Source: Vulcanimicrobiales bacterium (lineage in GTDB: Bacteria; Vulcanimicrobiota; Vulcanimicrobiia; Vulcanimicrobiales; Vulcanimicrobiaceae). From it: a DNA stretch of 64,000 bases. The stretch spans positions 224,001 to 288,000 of the forward strand of contig JBBRLI010000001.1 in NCBI GenBank assembly GCA_038231455.1, given 5' to 3'. Numbering within the stretch: position 1 is the first letter of the stretch; each line of letters starts with the position of its first letter. The translations under genes and the position numbers were made by a program. The notes beneath the pieces were generated by a model, which saw only the letters and a program-made list of their open reading frames with translations, was not told the origin of the DNA and did no database searches. Positions 26,702-36,346 of the stretch are shown here, one piece after another.

Positions 26702-29008
26702 ATGAAACACGTTAAGAATGTAGCAAAAGATCCCGTTTGCGGAATGGACGTCGATCCGGCCGACTCGGATCAATCGACCGAGTACAACGGAACGACCTAC
26801 CACTTTTGTTCGGCGGGCTGCCGCTCCAAATTCATCGCTCATCCCGCGCAGTTTCTCGAACCGCCGGTCGCGACGCCCGTCGTCGAGGGTGCGATCTACA
26901 CGTGTCCGATGCATCCGCAGATTCGGCAAGTTGGACCCGGCAGCTGTCCGATTTGCGGAATGGCGCTCGAACCGGTGACGGTCTCCGCCGTCGAGCTCCC
27001 AAACGAGGAGCTCCAAGATATGACCCGCCGTTTTTGGATCGGCGCAGCACTCGCACTACCCGTTTTTCTCTTAGAGATGGCGAGCCATATTCCGGCCGTC
27101 CACCTCGAGACACTCGTGTCGGAACGCGCATCGGTTTGGATTCAGTTCGTTCTCTCAACACCCGTTGTGCTCTGGGCGGGATGGCCGTTTTTTGTTCGCG
27201 GCTGGGCGTCGGTTCGTACGCGAAATCTCAACATGTTCACGCTCATTGCGCTTGGAACCGGCACGGCATATCTCTACAGCCTTGTCGCAACATTCGCACC
27301 GGGGCTCTTTCCCGCGGGTTTCCGGATGATGGGCGGCGTCGTGCCCGTGTACTACGAGGCGGCGGCCGTGATCACGGTCCTCGTGCTCCTCGGGCAGGTT
27401 CTGGAGTTGCGCGCACGCGAGCAAACCGGCGGTGCGATTCGCGCGCTGCTCAACCTCGCGCCGAAGAATGCGCGACGAGTTCGTGCGGACGGCACCGATG
27501 AAGACGTCGCCGTTGACATCGTCATTCGCGGCGATCGGCTACGCGTGCGACCGGGCGAAGCCGTCCCCGTCGACGGCGTCGTTCTCGAAGGCCGCAGTGC
27601 CGTCGATGAATCGATGGTCACCGGCGAATCACTTCCGAATTCCAAAGCACCCAGCGACAAGCTGATCGGCGGGACGATTAATGGAACGGGGTCGCTATTG
27701 ATGCGCGCAGACGCGGTCGGTTCCGACACCATGCTCGCCCGAATCGTCGCAATGGTAGCGGAGGCGCAGCGGAGTCGCGCGCCGATTCAAAAACTCGCCG
27801 ACACCGTCGCCGGTTATTTCGTCCCCATCGTCTTGGCGGTCGCACTCGTCGCTTTTGCCGCGTGGGCAATTTGGGGGCCGGCCCCCTCGCTTGCGTACGC
27901 ACTGATCGCGGCAGTTTCCGTCGTGATCATTGCGTGCCCGTGCGCGCTCGGACTCGCAACGCCGATGTCGATCGGCGTCGGCGTCGGCAAAGGCGCGAGC
28001 GCCGGCGTTCTGATCAAATCCGCCGAAGCGCTCGAGCGTTTGGAAAAAGTCGACACGTTGGTGATCGACAAGACGGGCACGCTTACCGAAGGCAAGCCAC
28101 GCGTGACGTCCGTGATTACGGCCCCCGGTCAGACCGAAACCGCAATCGTCGCACTTGCAGCGAGTCTCGAACGATCGAGCGAACATCCCCTTGCCGCAGC
28201 GATCGTTGCAGCGGCGGCAGAGCGCTCGATCGCGCTAAGCGAACCGGCGAATTTCGAATCGATCACCGGCCAAGGTGTTGTCGGTACGATCGACGCGCAC
28301 GCGGTAGCGCTCGGCAATGCGGCGCTCATGAGCGAGCGCGGCGTAGCGCTCGGCGAGATCGAATTGCAAGCCGATGCGCTCCGGCGGAGCGGCGCTACCG
28401 CGCTCTATATCAGCATCGACGGCACGATTGCCGGAGCGATCGCAATCGCCGACCCGATCAAGTCGACAACCGCATCAGCCCTTGCCGACCTCCGCGCGCA
28501 CAATATCCGCATCGTTATGCTCACGGGCGATAACCGCCTCACCGCCGAGTTCGTCGCTAAACACCTTGGCATCGACGAATTCCACGCCGACGTGCTACCC
28601 GAGGACAAAGGGCGGATCGTCAACGAACTGCGCGCGAGCGGTAAGGTCGTCGCGATGGCAGGCGACGGCATCAACGACGCACCCGCACTCGCAGCTGCCG
28701 ACGTTGGCATCGCAATGGGGACGGGGACCGAAGTTGCGATCCAGAGTGCCGGCATGACGCTCGTCAAAGGCGATCTTGCCGGCATCGCGCGCGCCCGCAA
28801 ACTGAGCCGCGCGACCATGCGCAATATTCGAGAGAATCTGGCCTTTGCGTTTCTCTATAACGTGCTGGGCATCCCGATCGCGGCAGGCGTTCTCTACCCC
28901 GTGTTCGGGCTTCTTCTGAGCCCGGTCATCGCAGCACTTGCAATGTCGTTCAGTTCCGTTTCTGTCATCACCAACGCACTACGACTGCGCGGTCTGCGCC
29001 TCTCGTAG
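26702..29008 (+). CDS. copA: Cu(I)-translocating P1B-type ATPase with YHS domain
   Basis: DPVCGM/YHFCS, YTCPMHP..CPICGM, TGES, CPC, DKTGT, SEHP, GDGIND, YN and MSFSS. Confidence 0.93.
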   Translation: MKHVKNVAKDPVCGMDVDPADSDQSTEYNGTTYHFCSAGCRSKFIAHPAQFLEPPVATPVVEGAIYTCPMHPQIRQVGPGSCPICGMALEPVTVSAVELPNEELQDMTRRFWIGAALALPVFLLEMASHIPAVHLETLVSERASVWIQFVLSTPVVLWAGWPFFVRGWASVRTRNLNMFTLIALGTGTAYLYSLVATFAPGLFPAGFRMMGGVVPVYYEAAAVITVLVLLGQVLELRAREQTGGAIRALLNLAPKNARRVRADGTDEDVAVDIVIRGDRLRVRPGEAVPVDGVVLEGRSAVDESMVTGESLPNSKAPSDKLIGGTINGTGSLLMRADAVGSDTMLARIVAMVAEAQRSRAPIQKLADTVAGYFVPIVLAVALVAFAAWAIWGPAPSLAYALIAAVSVVIIACPCALGLATPMSIGVGVGKGASAGVLIKSAEALERLEKVDTLVIDKTGTLTEGKPRVTSVITAPGQTETAIVALAASLERSSEHPLAAAIVAAAAERSIALSEPANFESITGQGVVGTIDAHAVALGNAALMSERGVALGEIELQADALRRSGATALYISIDGTIAGAIAIADPIKSTTASALADLRAHNIRIVMLTGDNRLTAEFVAKHLGIDEFHADVLPEDKGRIVNELRASGKVVAMAGDGINDAPALAAADVGIAMGTGTEVAIQSAGMTLVKGDLAGIARARKLSRATMRNIRENLAFAFLYNVLGIPIAAGVLYPVFGLLLSPVIAALAMSFSSVSVITNALRLRGLRLS

Positions 29009-29014
29009 TGCGAA

Positions 29015-29797
29015 TCAGCAATGGTGAGACATCAAATAGGCGGCGTTCCCCAGAAAAATAAAGTGGCTTGAAATGAGAGCGACGAGCACCACACCGGCGA
29101 CGACCGCCGGCCAAAGGCTCATGCTCGAACGTCGTCCGACAAGCGCCCGCAATCTCCACGTAAGGAGCGGCGAGCGTTCGCGTACCGCCGCGCGGACGAG
29201 CAGTGCACGATAACGCTCGACGGCAGCACCCGCGGTCTCACGATCGGCAATCTCTTCGCGTCGCGCATGTCGCCAGCGCTCGAGCGATCGGAAGCCGGGC
29301 AACATCAGAAAGCGCGTGACGATACGCCAGGCAAAGGCCTTGTCCGAATGGCGGCGTGCGATGTGCACGAGTTCGTGGCGCAGTGTGAGTGCGAGTTCCT
29401 CATCATCGAGCGGGTCCATGAAGCCGCGCGAAATGAGAATCTTCGTTCTGCCGTTCGCCGTGAAGCAAAACGATTGCGTAACATCGAGATACGCAGACGA
29501 AGGAACGGCGCATCCGAGCGCGGCCGATTCGCGAGCGAGCAGCAGGCGCAAGCGATCGGGGGGCGGCGTGGCAAAACCCGCCAGTTGATCGAGCCGCTCG
29601 CGCGCGCGAGCGTCGGCCACCACGACGAGTGCCGCGGACACGAGCCCGTAGGCAAGTAAGATTTGCGGCATATACTCGTGCGTAAAGAGCAGCGAGTGGT
29701 ACACCGGATCGATCCCCGAGAGCCAGCAGTACCGGCCGGCAAAATCACCGAGCGGAATAAAGAAAATCAGCGGCCAGACGTACCGGATAAAGCGCAA
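29015..29797 (-). CDS. BlaR1-like M56 membrane metallopeptidase without a penicillin-binding domain
   Basis: HELVH...EEIAD motif, TM helices, follows blaI; ends in HHC. Confidence 0.8.
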   Translation of the reverse strand: MRFIRYVWPLIFFIPLGDFAGRYCWLSGIDPVYHSLLFTHEYMPQILLAYGLVSAALVVVADARARERLDQLAGFATPPPDRLRLLLARESAALGCAVPSSAYLDVTQSFCFTANGRTKILISRGFMDPLDDEELALTLRHELVHIARRHSDKAFAWRIVTRFLMLPGFRSLERWRHARREEIADRETAGAAVERYRALLVRAAVRERSPLLTWRLRALVGRRSSMSLWPAVVAGVVLVALISSHFIFLGNAAYLMSHHC

Positions 29798-29799
29798 GC

Positions 29800-30189
29800 T
29801 TACCGGTCCACATCCTGGCGTCGCGCGATTGCCTCAGCGAGCGCGTCGAGATGATCTCCCTGTGCTACGAGTTCGACAAAGCCGTGGATCGCGGCCGACC
29901 CATGGGACTGCATGAGATCGCCAAGTACGCTCGAGACGGTCTTCGCGACCCACTCTTCGCGCGTGAACAGCGCGCGGTAAACGACCGACTTGTGTTCGCT
30001 GCCAACTTTCTGCACGAACCCCTTCTGCACGAGGCGCGAGAGTTCGGTAAAGATCGTCGTATACGCGACCGGCTCGCCGACGGCAATCGATCGATGGACG
30101 TCGACCGGCGTTTGCGAGCCGTGCTTCCAAAGCTGTTCCATGATCGCAAGTTGCCGCGGTCCGAGCGAAATCGACGTGTTGCGATTCAT
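29800..30189 (-). CDS. BlaI/MecI/CopY family repressor
   Basis: LGPRQLAIMEQLW...VAYTTIFTELSRLVQKGFV winged HTH. Confidence 0.9.
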   Translation of the reverse strand: MNRNTSISLGPRQLAIMEQLWKHGSQTPVDVHRSIAVGEPVAYTTIFTELSRLVQKGFVQKVGSEHKSVVYRALFTREEWVAKTVSSVLGDLMQSHGSAAIHGFVELVAQGDHLDALAEAIARRQDVDR

Positions 30190-30764
30190 TTGGGCTGCAT
30201 TTGCATCCCCGGGACATGTTCGTCACGAGCATGCGATCCCGGAGCGGCCGAGCTCGGCATCTTCTTCCAAGCGACGTCCACCGGTTTCGGAAGCTTATCG
30301 AGGTGTTTGAGCAGCATCGTCACCTGCCACACCTCACGCGAGGTTAGGGATTTTGCAAACGCCGGCATCGCTGTGAATCGGATACCGTGCTGAATTTTCC
30401 AGGCGGTCGCGCCTTCCGGGTCGTCTTCGGCGCCGTCGGTTGCGAATTGCGGTGAGGGCACGTAGAAGCCGAGCGCGGCGTTCGACGCTTTTCCGTCAGA
30501 GGTACCGTGACACATCGAGCAGTTTTGCTGATACACGTGCAGTCCGGCGCCCAAATTTGCCACATTCAGGGGCAACGGATTTTTCGCGTCTCCCATCTCG
30601 CGTTCGGAAACGCGATGCACGGCCATCATCGCAAGGTTCGCCTCGATCGCCGACGGTGCGATATCGGCGCGCATCGGCATGTATCCCATGTTCGCGGTTA
30701 GGCCGACGAAGGCGACGACCAAAAGCACGAAAACTCCGACGCCGACGACGATACCGCGCAGCAC
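30186..30764 (-). CDS. Membrane-anchored c-type cytochrome
   Basis: NPLP, CSMCH heme motif, GIRFTAMPAF distal Met. Confidence 0.88.
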   Translation of the reverse strand: MLRGIVVGVGVFVLLVVAFVGLTANMGYMPMRADIAPSAIEANLAMMAVHRVSEREMGDAKNPLPLNVANLGAGLHVYQQNCSMCHGTSDGKASNAALGFYVPSPQFATDGAEDDPEGATAWKIQHGIRFTAMPAFAKSLTSREVWQVTMLLKHLDKLPKPVDVAWKKMPSSAAPGSHARDEHVPGMQMQPK

Positions 30765-32230
30765 TAGTGTCCGCCCATCGACATGCCGGGGGTGCGCGCC
30801 ATATCCGGCGGCCGAACGCGCAGGTACACCTGGAATCCAATCGGGGTCTGGGAACCGTAGGTGGGAGTGAGACGCGCGCTCTTCGCGTTGAGGGTTAGTT
30901 GTGCGCCGAGTCCGACACTAGCGGCGGCTGGATTCCGGCTCAAATCGTGCACGCCTCCAAGCGAATACGCGCCCACTTGATACACCGTCTCGGGATCGAC
31001 GAGTGGAATAACCAGATCGCGAGCGGTGCGCGTGCCGAGTTCGATACGAGCGAAGAGCGTATTGCGACCGCTCTGGTAATCGGTTTCGGCAAGATACGAA
31101 CTCGTTCGATTTCCGCCGCTCTCGACATTCTGTCCGAACACAAAGCCAGTATACCAGTTCCGATCGGCTCCAAGCGTCCGGTTGAGCAGCAACGAGCCGG
31201 TGATCCGGTGTTGGTTGCTCGCAGGCGACAACACTTCGGGGCTCTTGATGAAACCATATGAGACCTGGACTGCGGCGTCGTTGCTGGGATTCCACGAAAA
31301 GCGCTCGCTGTACGAATCCAAGTGGATCGGATCGAAGTTCGTGCGAATTTCATTGGGCTCGCGACCCGTGAACGTGCTTGCTTCGAGCTTGAAATGCGTG
31401 CTCGGCGCGAATCCAAGGGTCGCGACGCCGAATTGGATGTGCGTCGCGTCCATCCAGTGGTGTCCGATCGTCGATTCAGGCATATCGTAGGCGATCCGGC
31501 GATGCATGTAGACCGGCGGTCCAAGCGCGGGTTCGCCGGGATAGCCGACGTAGGCGTACGCGGACGCGGTCTTGCCGATCTTCATCGAATAGTCGAGCGC
31601 GAGTTCGGAGAAAAGATCGTGTGGATGTTGGTGATCGTGTAACGCGACGCCGTGCGCCGTCTCACCCGTTTGGAAGAGCAGTGGATAGCCGCTCTGATTT
31701 TCCGTCAACACATCGGCGCTAACCATCGCGCGATAGCCAAGTTGCGCGGTCGCTCCGAGGGCGTGCGTACCCATGATCATGAGCCAATTCGGCGCGTCAG
31801 CGCGCCGGTCGCCGCGATTTGAACCGCTGGAAACGTAGCGCGGGAAGATGGCTCCGTGTTCCATCGTCATATCGTTGCCGTGCATCTGCGTCCAACCGAA
31901 CATTTGGGTCGAGCGCGGTACCCACGATGTCCCCGAGCCTTCTTGACTCATCGGATCGACGAGATTCGTCGTCGAGGCCATATCGACGGATGCGCCCATC
32001 ACCATCGAACGCCCGGCCGGAGCCGACGCGCTGGGGGCTGACGCGGCGGGCATCTCCATCCCCGGCATCGCTGCGGCGGACGGAATGGGAGACGGGGAGG
32101 GACTCGGCGAGGGTTTCATCTGCTTCATCTGGGCCGGCGTCATGCCGGGCATAGTCTGAGCATTTGCCTGCGCAAACATGCTAAGTGAAGCAACGAGAGC
32201 AACGGCGAGAATTGAAGCAGATCGGCTCAT
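30764..32230 (-). CDS. Met/His-rich exported, probably outer-membrane, protein (putative copper related)
   Basis: Signal peptide, MPGM repeats, GSGTSW, HDHQHPHD, GHHWMDATH and beta-strand-like alternation. Confidence 0.7.
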   Translation of the reverse strand: MSRSASILAVALVASLSMFAQANAQTMPGMTPAQMKQMKPSPSPSPSPIPSAAAMPGMEMPAASAPSASAPAGRSMVMGASVDMASTTNLVDPMSQEGSGTSWVPRSTQMFGWTQMHGNDMTMEHGAIFPRYVSSGSNRGDRRADAPNWLMIMGTHALGATAQLGYRAMVSADVLTENQSGYPLLFQTGETAHGVALHDHQHPHDLFSELALDYSMKIGKTASAYAYVGYPGEPALGPPVYMHRRIAYDMPESTIGHHWMDATHIQFGVATLGFAPSTHFKLEASTFTGREPNEIRTNFDPIHLDSYSERFSWNPSNDAAVQVSYGFIKSPEVLSPASNQHRITGSLLLNRTLGADRNWYTGFVFGQNVESGGNRTSSYLAETDYQSGRNTLFARIELGTRTARDLVIPLVDPETVYQVGAYSLGGVHDLSRNPAAASVGLGAQLTLNAKSARLTPTYGSQTPIGFQVYLRVRPPDMARTPGMSMGGH

Positions 32231-32247
32231 AATTCCTTACGTAGATA

Positions 32248-32289
32248 TACGACGAATGGTAGTAGATCATTATTCTACTCGACGTAGTA
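32248..32289. promoter_or_regulatory. Two tandem BlaI-type operator boxes
   Basis: TACGAC-N5-GTAGTA (32248-32264) and TTCTAC-N5-GTAGTA (32273-32289), directly upstream of the blaI-containing operon. Confidence 0.75.
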
Positions 32290-32332
32290 TATCCTGCGAG
32301 ACGTCTTCGGAAGATCCGACGGCTGCTACGTT

Positions 32333-32764
32333 CTAATCGTTGGCAACGATAGGTGCTGTCCCGTCGCGATCCGACTTTGGGAAGTGTCGTGCGAGTTCGC
32401 GGCCGATCTCCTGGATGGCGTGCACGACGCCGTCAGTGGGATCTCCGGCGGCGAGCCGCTCGCGTAGGGCCGCCGCGTTGGCGTCCCATGTCGCCTGGCC
32501 CAACGCGAGGTGCGCCCCGTCGTCGCCGGCGATGACGAACTCGCGTCGCGAGGGAACGATGAAGAAAAGAACGCCGTTCCGCCGTGGCGAGCGCGTGAGG
32601 CCCCGCCCATGGAACGCGCGTTGAGCCGTGCGCTGGACGTTGCCCCAAAAATGTGGGGCGACGAAGACACCGATCGGTGCGTCTGTCGATTGTTCCGCAT
32701 CGACGATCGCCGCGCGAACGCGCGCTTCATCGAGGAACCGATGATGGCGTGGTTTTATCACCAT
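32333..32764 (-). CDS. TPM domain protein (short type)
   Basis: AI..AE..T..I, RNGVLFF and GD.G motifs; usual lemA-TPM-TPM order. Confidence 0.85.
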   Translation of the reverse strand: MVIKPRHHRFLDEARVRAAIVDAEQSTDAPIGVFVAPHFWGNVQRTAQRAFHGRGLTRSPRRNGVLFFIVPSRREFVIAGDDGAHLALGQATWDANAAALRERLAAGDPTDGVVHAIQEIGRELARHFPKSDRDGTAPIVAND

Positions 32765-33516
32765 CTGCCGCTCGCGCCGCCGCCGCCGGAACGTCCGCCG
32801 CCGCCCGAGAATCCCTCACCACCGCCCATCATCGATCCGCCACCCCCGCGACCCATGATGGTGAAGAGCATAAACAGAGCAGTCGACGGGCTTTTGATAG
32901 CGACCAAAATGAACGCCAATATTCCCAGACCGATCAAGATAAGCGTCAACGGACTAAGAGGCGTCGGTGCGGATGAGCCGTCATTTTGAATCGGCGCGTC
33001 GCCCGACTGATTTTGCTTCGGCCCGGCATTCGTGCCAATCGCGGCCAACATGCGGTCGACTCCCGATACGACTGCGACATCCGGTCGACCAGAGCGCATC
33101 TCGGGGACAATCGTCTCGCGAATGATGCGCGACGAGATCACATCCGGCAAAGCGGATTCTAGGCCGTACCCGACTTCAATTCGCACGGTACGATCGCGCG
33201 GAAAAATAAAGAGCGCTGCCCCATCGTCGAGGCCCTTTCGACCGACCTTCCAGGCTCCGAAAGCTCGAACCGTCCAGTCTTCGATCGGCGCCCCGGCAGT
33301 TGAAGGCGCAACGTAGACGAGCACCTGGTGGCCGCTCCGTTTTTCGTATGCATTTAGCCGGGCGTTTTGGACGGCGATCGTCCGCGGCGCCAAAAAGTTC
33401 GCGGTATCCGTGACCCACTGCGTCGGCGCAGGCGGAATGGCCACCTTAGCACCGGCGGAAACACACATGACCGCGCCGAGTGCGATGATACGCAGGAGAC
33501 CGCCCGAAGCCGTCAT
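32758..33516 (-). CDS. TPM domain protein with Gly-rich tail
   Basis: WKVGRKGLDDG, RIEVGYGLE..LPD and GGGGRSGGGGASGRW. Confidence 0.9.
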   Translation of the reverse strand: MTASGGLLRIIALGAVMCVSAGAKVAIPPAPTQWVTDTANFLAPRTIAVQNARLNAYEKRSGHQVLVYVAPSTAGAPIEDWTVRAFGAWKVGRKGLDDGAALFIFPRDRTVRIEVGYGLESALPDVISSRIIRETIVPEMRSGRPDVAVVSGVDRMLAAIGTNAGPKQNQSGDAPIQNDGSSAPTPLSPLTLILIGLGILAFILVAIKSPSTALFMLFTIMGRGGGGSMMGGGEGFSGGGGRSGGGGASGRW

Positions 33517-33520
33517 CGAA

Positions 33521-33907
33521 TTACAGTTTTACTTGCGGAACGACAGCCGATCCGGGTGCGGACTTAAAGTACGACTTCTCGACAAATCGGGAGCCAAAAA
33601 ATCCTGCGATAAGCACCGTCGGAAAAGAGTCGCGCGTCGTGTTGAAGGTCTGAGCGGCCTCGTTGAAGCGCATGCGCTCGACAGCGATGCGATTCTCCGT
33701 ACCTTCCAGTTGTGCTTGGAGGTCGGCGAAATTTTGACTCGCCTTGAGGTCGGGATACGATTCGGACACGGCCAAGAGTCGAGACAGAGCCGACGATAGG
33801 CCCGCTTGCGCGCTGGAGAATTTGGCGAAGGCAGCCGGGTCATTCGGAACTCCCGAACCGGCTTGAACCTGTCCGACTTTCGCTCGCGCTTCGGCCACGG
33901 CAACGTA
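33521..33907 (-). pseudogene. lemA: 5'-truncated LemA family gene
   Basis: VAEARAKV...ESYPDLKASQNF..LQAQLEGTENRIAVER..FP; N-terminal TM and start are absent. Confidence 0.8.
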
Positions 33908-34202
33908 GCGGATCCTCGAGAATGCCGCCGTCGACGCGTTGCCAGGTGCCGTCGTCGTCCGCCGCGAGCGCCAGTAACGTACGCCCGAGTTCCATCGCCT
34001 CCACACTCGCAGAGCGAACGTGCCAACGAGAATCGCACGTAATCTCGTACCGCAAGCGAATCGGCTGGCCGTCGCGTATCCCAACGATTGCCCCATCGGC
34101 CGATGCGCCGCTTTCGCTTGCACGCATGCGAGCGTGCTCGAATGTCGTGCCGTCGGGAGATGCATAGACGAGGGTCCGCTCCCGCGCCGCAATCGGCGTC
34201 AT
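33840..34202 (-). pseudogene. 3'-truncated putative glycolipid-binding domain protein
   Basis: EH.R...LRYEI.CD..W..R...DG.W..DG pattern breaks at about 33910; start coupled to the ndh stop (TGATG). Confidence 0.6.
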
Positions 34203-35542
34203 CAGACCGTCTCCACCGGAGCGATCGGCGTAACGGGATGCGCGGGCATGCCGGCATCTTGATTCGCCATAACGTGCGAGCGTTCGGTAAACACGCGCAG
34301 TTCGGCGATGTCGCGCGAGAAAAACAACCCGAGCGTCCAGTCGAACGCGACGCGGAGTTTGCGATCGAGGCCGGGCAGGCGCGCAAGATAGTACGAACGC
34401 CACAGAAGCCACGCAAGGAATCCGGTCAGGATGAAGCCGCCGGGGAATGCAGCGACACCGCGGCGTGCGCCGAGTGAGGCCATCGTACCGAGCGCCGTAA
34501 AGACGAACGGTTTTGTCGGTTCGCCGCGTAGCGCTGCAACGATGTTATCGCCCAGCACCGGACCTTCTCGAATGGCGTGCTGTGCCGTCGGCGGATACCA
34601 CTTCTCGGGTTCGCCCGTCGGAATCCACGCGCAATCGCCGAGCGCCCAAACATTTTTATAGCCGGTGAGAGACATGTCGCGTTCGACGAAGAGCCCGCCA
34701 TTGCGCGCGTGCTCGCAGGGCAATGTTTTCAGGATCGGCGCGGGCCGCACGCCGGCACTCCAAACGCACGTCGCCGTTGGGATGGATTTGCCGCTCGCGA
34801 GGACGATCGCGTCTTCGCCCAGGGAGGCGACGCCATCACCCATGATGATCTCGATGTCCCGCTCCGCCAGATTTGTCGCAATATACTTACCCATTCCCGG
34901 CGCAAGATCGGGTAAGAGCGCTTTGCCGCCCTCGACCAAGATAATGCGGATGTCGCGCGGTTGGATCGACTTGTAGAAGCGCGTGATACTGCGAAAGAAA
35001 TCGTGCAATTCGCCCGTGGCCTCGCAGCCCGTATATCCGCCGCCGACGATCACGTAGGTGAGCAGGCGTTCGCGCACCGCCGGATTGCGTTCGATGTCGG
35101 CAAGTTCGAGCGTCGCGATGATGCGGTTGCGCAGAACTTCGGCATCCTCGAGCGTTTTAAGCGGGAGCGAACGCTCCGCGACGCCGGGCAGATTGAATGT
35201 TGAGGTGACGCTGCCCAGCGCGAGGACGAGGTGATCGTAGGTCAGATCGATCTTCGATCCGTTAATCGTATGTTGCACGCCAACGTGTTTTGAATCAAGA
35301 TCGATCGCGATCACTTCGCCCAGAACGAAGTTCGTGCGCCGCAATTGCGCGCGCACCGGCGTTACCACGTGACGCTGCTCGATACCGCCCGAACTCACTT
35401 CGGGGAGCATCGGCGTGAAGAGCGTGAAGTTATCACGACTGACAAGCGTAATGGTCGCCTCATCGGTACGCAGGCGGCGTTCCAATCGCATCGCGGTGTT
35501 GATCCCGGCAAAACCGCCGCCTAAGATCAGAATATTCTGCAT
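34202..35542 (-). CDS. ndh: Type II NADH:quinone oxidoreductase
   Basis: GGGFAG, FTPML, VGGGYTGCE, WSAGV, GDCA and PPTAQHA. Confidence 0.9.
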   Translation of the reverse strand: MQNILILGGGFAGINTAMRLERRLRTDEATITLVSRDNFTLFTPMLPEVSSGGIEQRHVVTPVRAQLRRTNFVLGEVIAIDLDSKHVGVQHTINGSKIDLTYDHLVLALGSVTSTFNLPGVAERSLPLKTLEDAEVLRNRIIATLELADIERNPAVRERLLTYVIVGGGYTGCEATGELHDFFRSITRFYKSIQPRDIRIILVEGGKALLPDLAPGMGKYIATNLAERDIEIIMGDGVASLGEDAIVLASGKSIPTATCVWSAGVRPAPILKTLPCEHARNGGLFVERDMSLTGYKNVWALGDCAWIPTGEPEKWYPPTAQHAIREGPVLGDNIVAALRGEPTKPFVFTALGTMASLGARRGVAAFPGGFILTGFLAWLLWRSYYLARLPGLDRKLRVAFDWTLGLFFSRDIAELRVFTERSHVMANQDAGMPAHPVTPIAPVETV

Positions 35543-35549
35543 ACGACCT

Positions 35550-35678
35550 TCAGTGGGGAACGCCGGTCCACGGATGGACCCACGGGTGAGCGACCATAAT
35601 AATAACGACGAGGGAGACGATCGCGAGGACCGCCCAGAGCGCCGTGCGGATCGCCACGGCCGTTCGATCGGGAGACAT
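35550..35678 (-). CDS. 42-aa single-pass membrane peptide upstream of ndh
   Basis: Manual translation MSPDRTAVAIRTALWAVLAIVSLVVIIMVAHPWVHPWTGVPH; GAGAG RBS; below the ORF-track cutoff. Confidence 0.55.
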   Translation of the reverse strand: MSPDRTAVAIRTALWAVLAIVSLVVIIMVAHPWVHPWTGVPH

Positions 35679-35788
35679 ACACTCTCAATGTTTCGTATGC
35701 ATCCGTGATCTCCGTCAACCGAGCGGAGGCGGAAACGGATGCCATCACTCGTTCACATTCGAGCAAACCGGATTCATCTTCGCGTCGA

Positions 35789-36346
35789 TCATGTGCTTGC
35801 GCCGATGCGGGCACGTAAGAGATCGCCCACACGTGTCGCGTCGGCCGGACATAGTGGACTTGGGCCCGCTTCAAGACGCGCGATGTCCCAGCGCACCTCG
35901 TCGTCGACAGCACCGAAATAACCGTCTTCAACCGCCGCCTCCGCGTGCGTGCGGATCGCGTCGAGCGGGATGCCGTAGCGCTTGGCAAGGCGGGCGGCAA
36001 GCGTACACAGTCCGCCGACAAGTTCGTCGGTCAGCGGGAAAGCCCCGAAGTCGTGGGGCGTTGCATCGCGCATCGCGGCAATCGAGAGGCCAATGGAGAA
36101 CGAGTTGCGACCTCGCGTGTGAGCGGCATAGGGCCGATTTGGCTCCAAACGGACCTCACGCATGTTCTCGCGCAGATCGTGCGTTTGGTGGACGACGATC
36201 TCCCGTGGACCCGTAACAACGAAATGATAGGCCGGGTAGACCGTTTCGTAGTCTCCACCCGTCCAATGCAGCGAAATCGAGCGAAGATCGCCATCGGGAA
36301 GCGTGTCGGGGCGATAGTCGCGAAGGAGAGTCGGCGGATGGAGCAT
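35789..36346 (-). CDS. N-acetylmuramoyl-L-alanine amidase (Amidase_2-like)
   Basis: LHWT, YHFVV, AHT.GRN..SIG and THAE motifs. Confidence 0.8.
   Translation of the reverse strand: MLHPPTLLRDYRPDTLPDGDLRSISLHWTGGDYETVYPAYHFVVTGPREIVVHQTHDLRENMREVRLEPNRPYAAHTRGRNSFSIGLSIAAMRDATPHDFGAFPLTDELVGGLCTLAARLAKRYGIPLDAIRTHAEAAVEDGYFGAVDDEVRWDIARLEAGPSPLCPADATRVGDLLRARIGAST

Noticed and set aside
16400-33910. Calling the metal region a mobile element
   Set aside because: No integrase, transposase, tRNA or direct repeats seen; GATC at both edges is too common here to count
33521-34192. 223-aa ORF as an intact lemA
   Set aside because: The N-terminal part is out-of-frame sequence from the neighbouring gene and lacks the LemA TM segment
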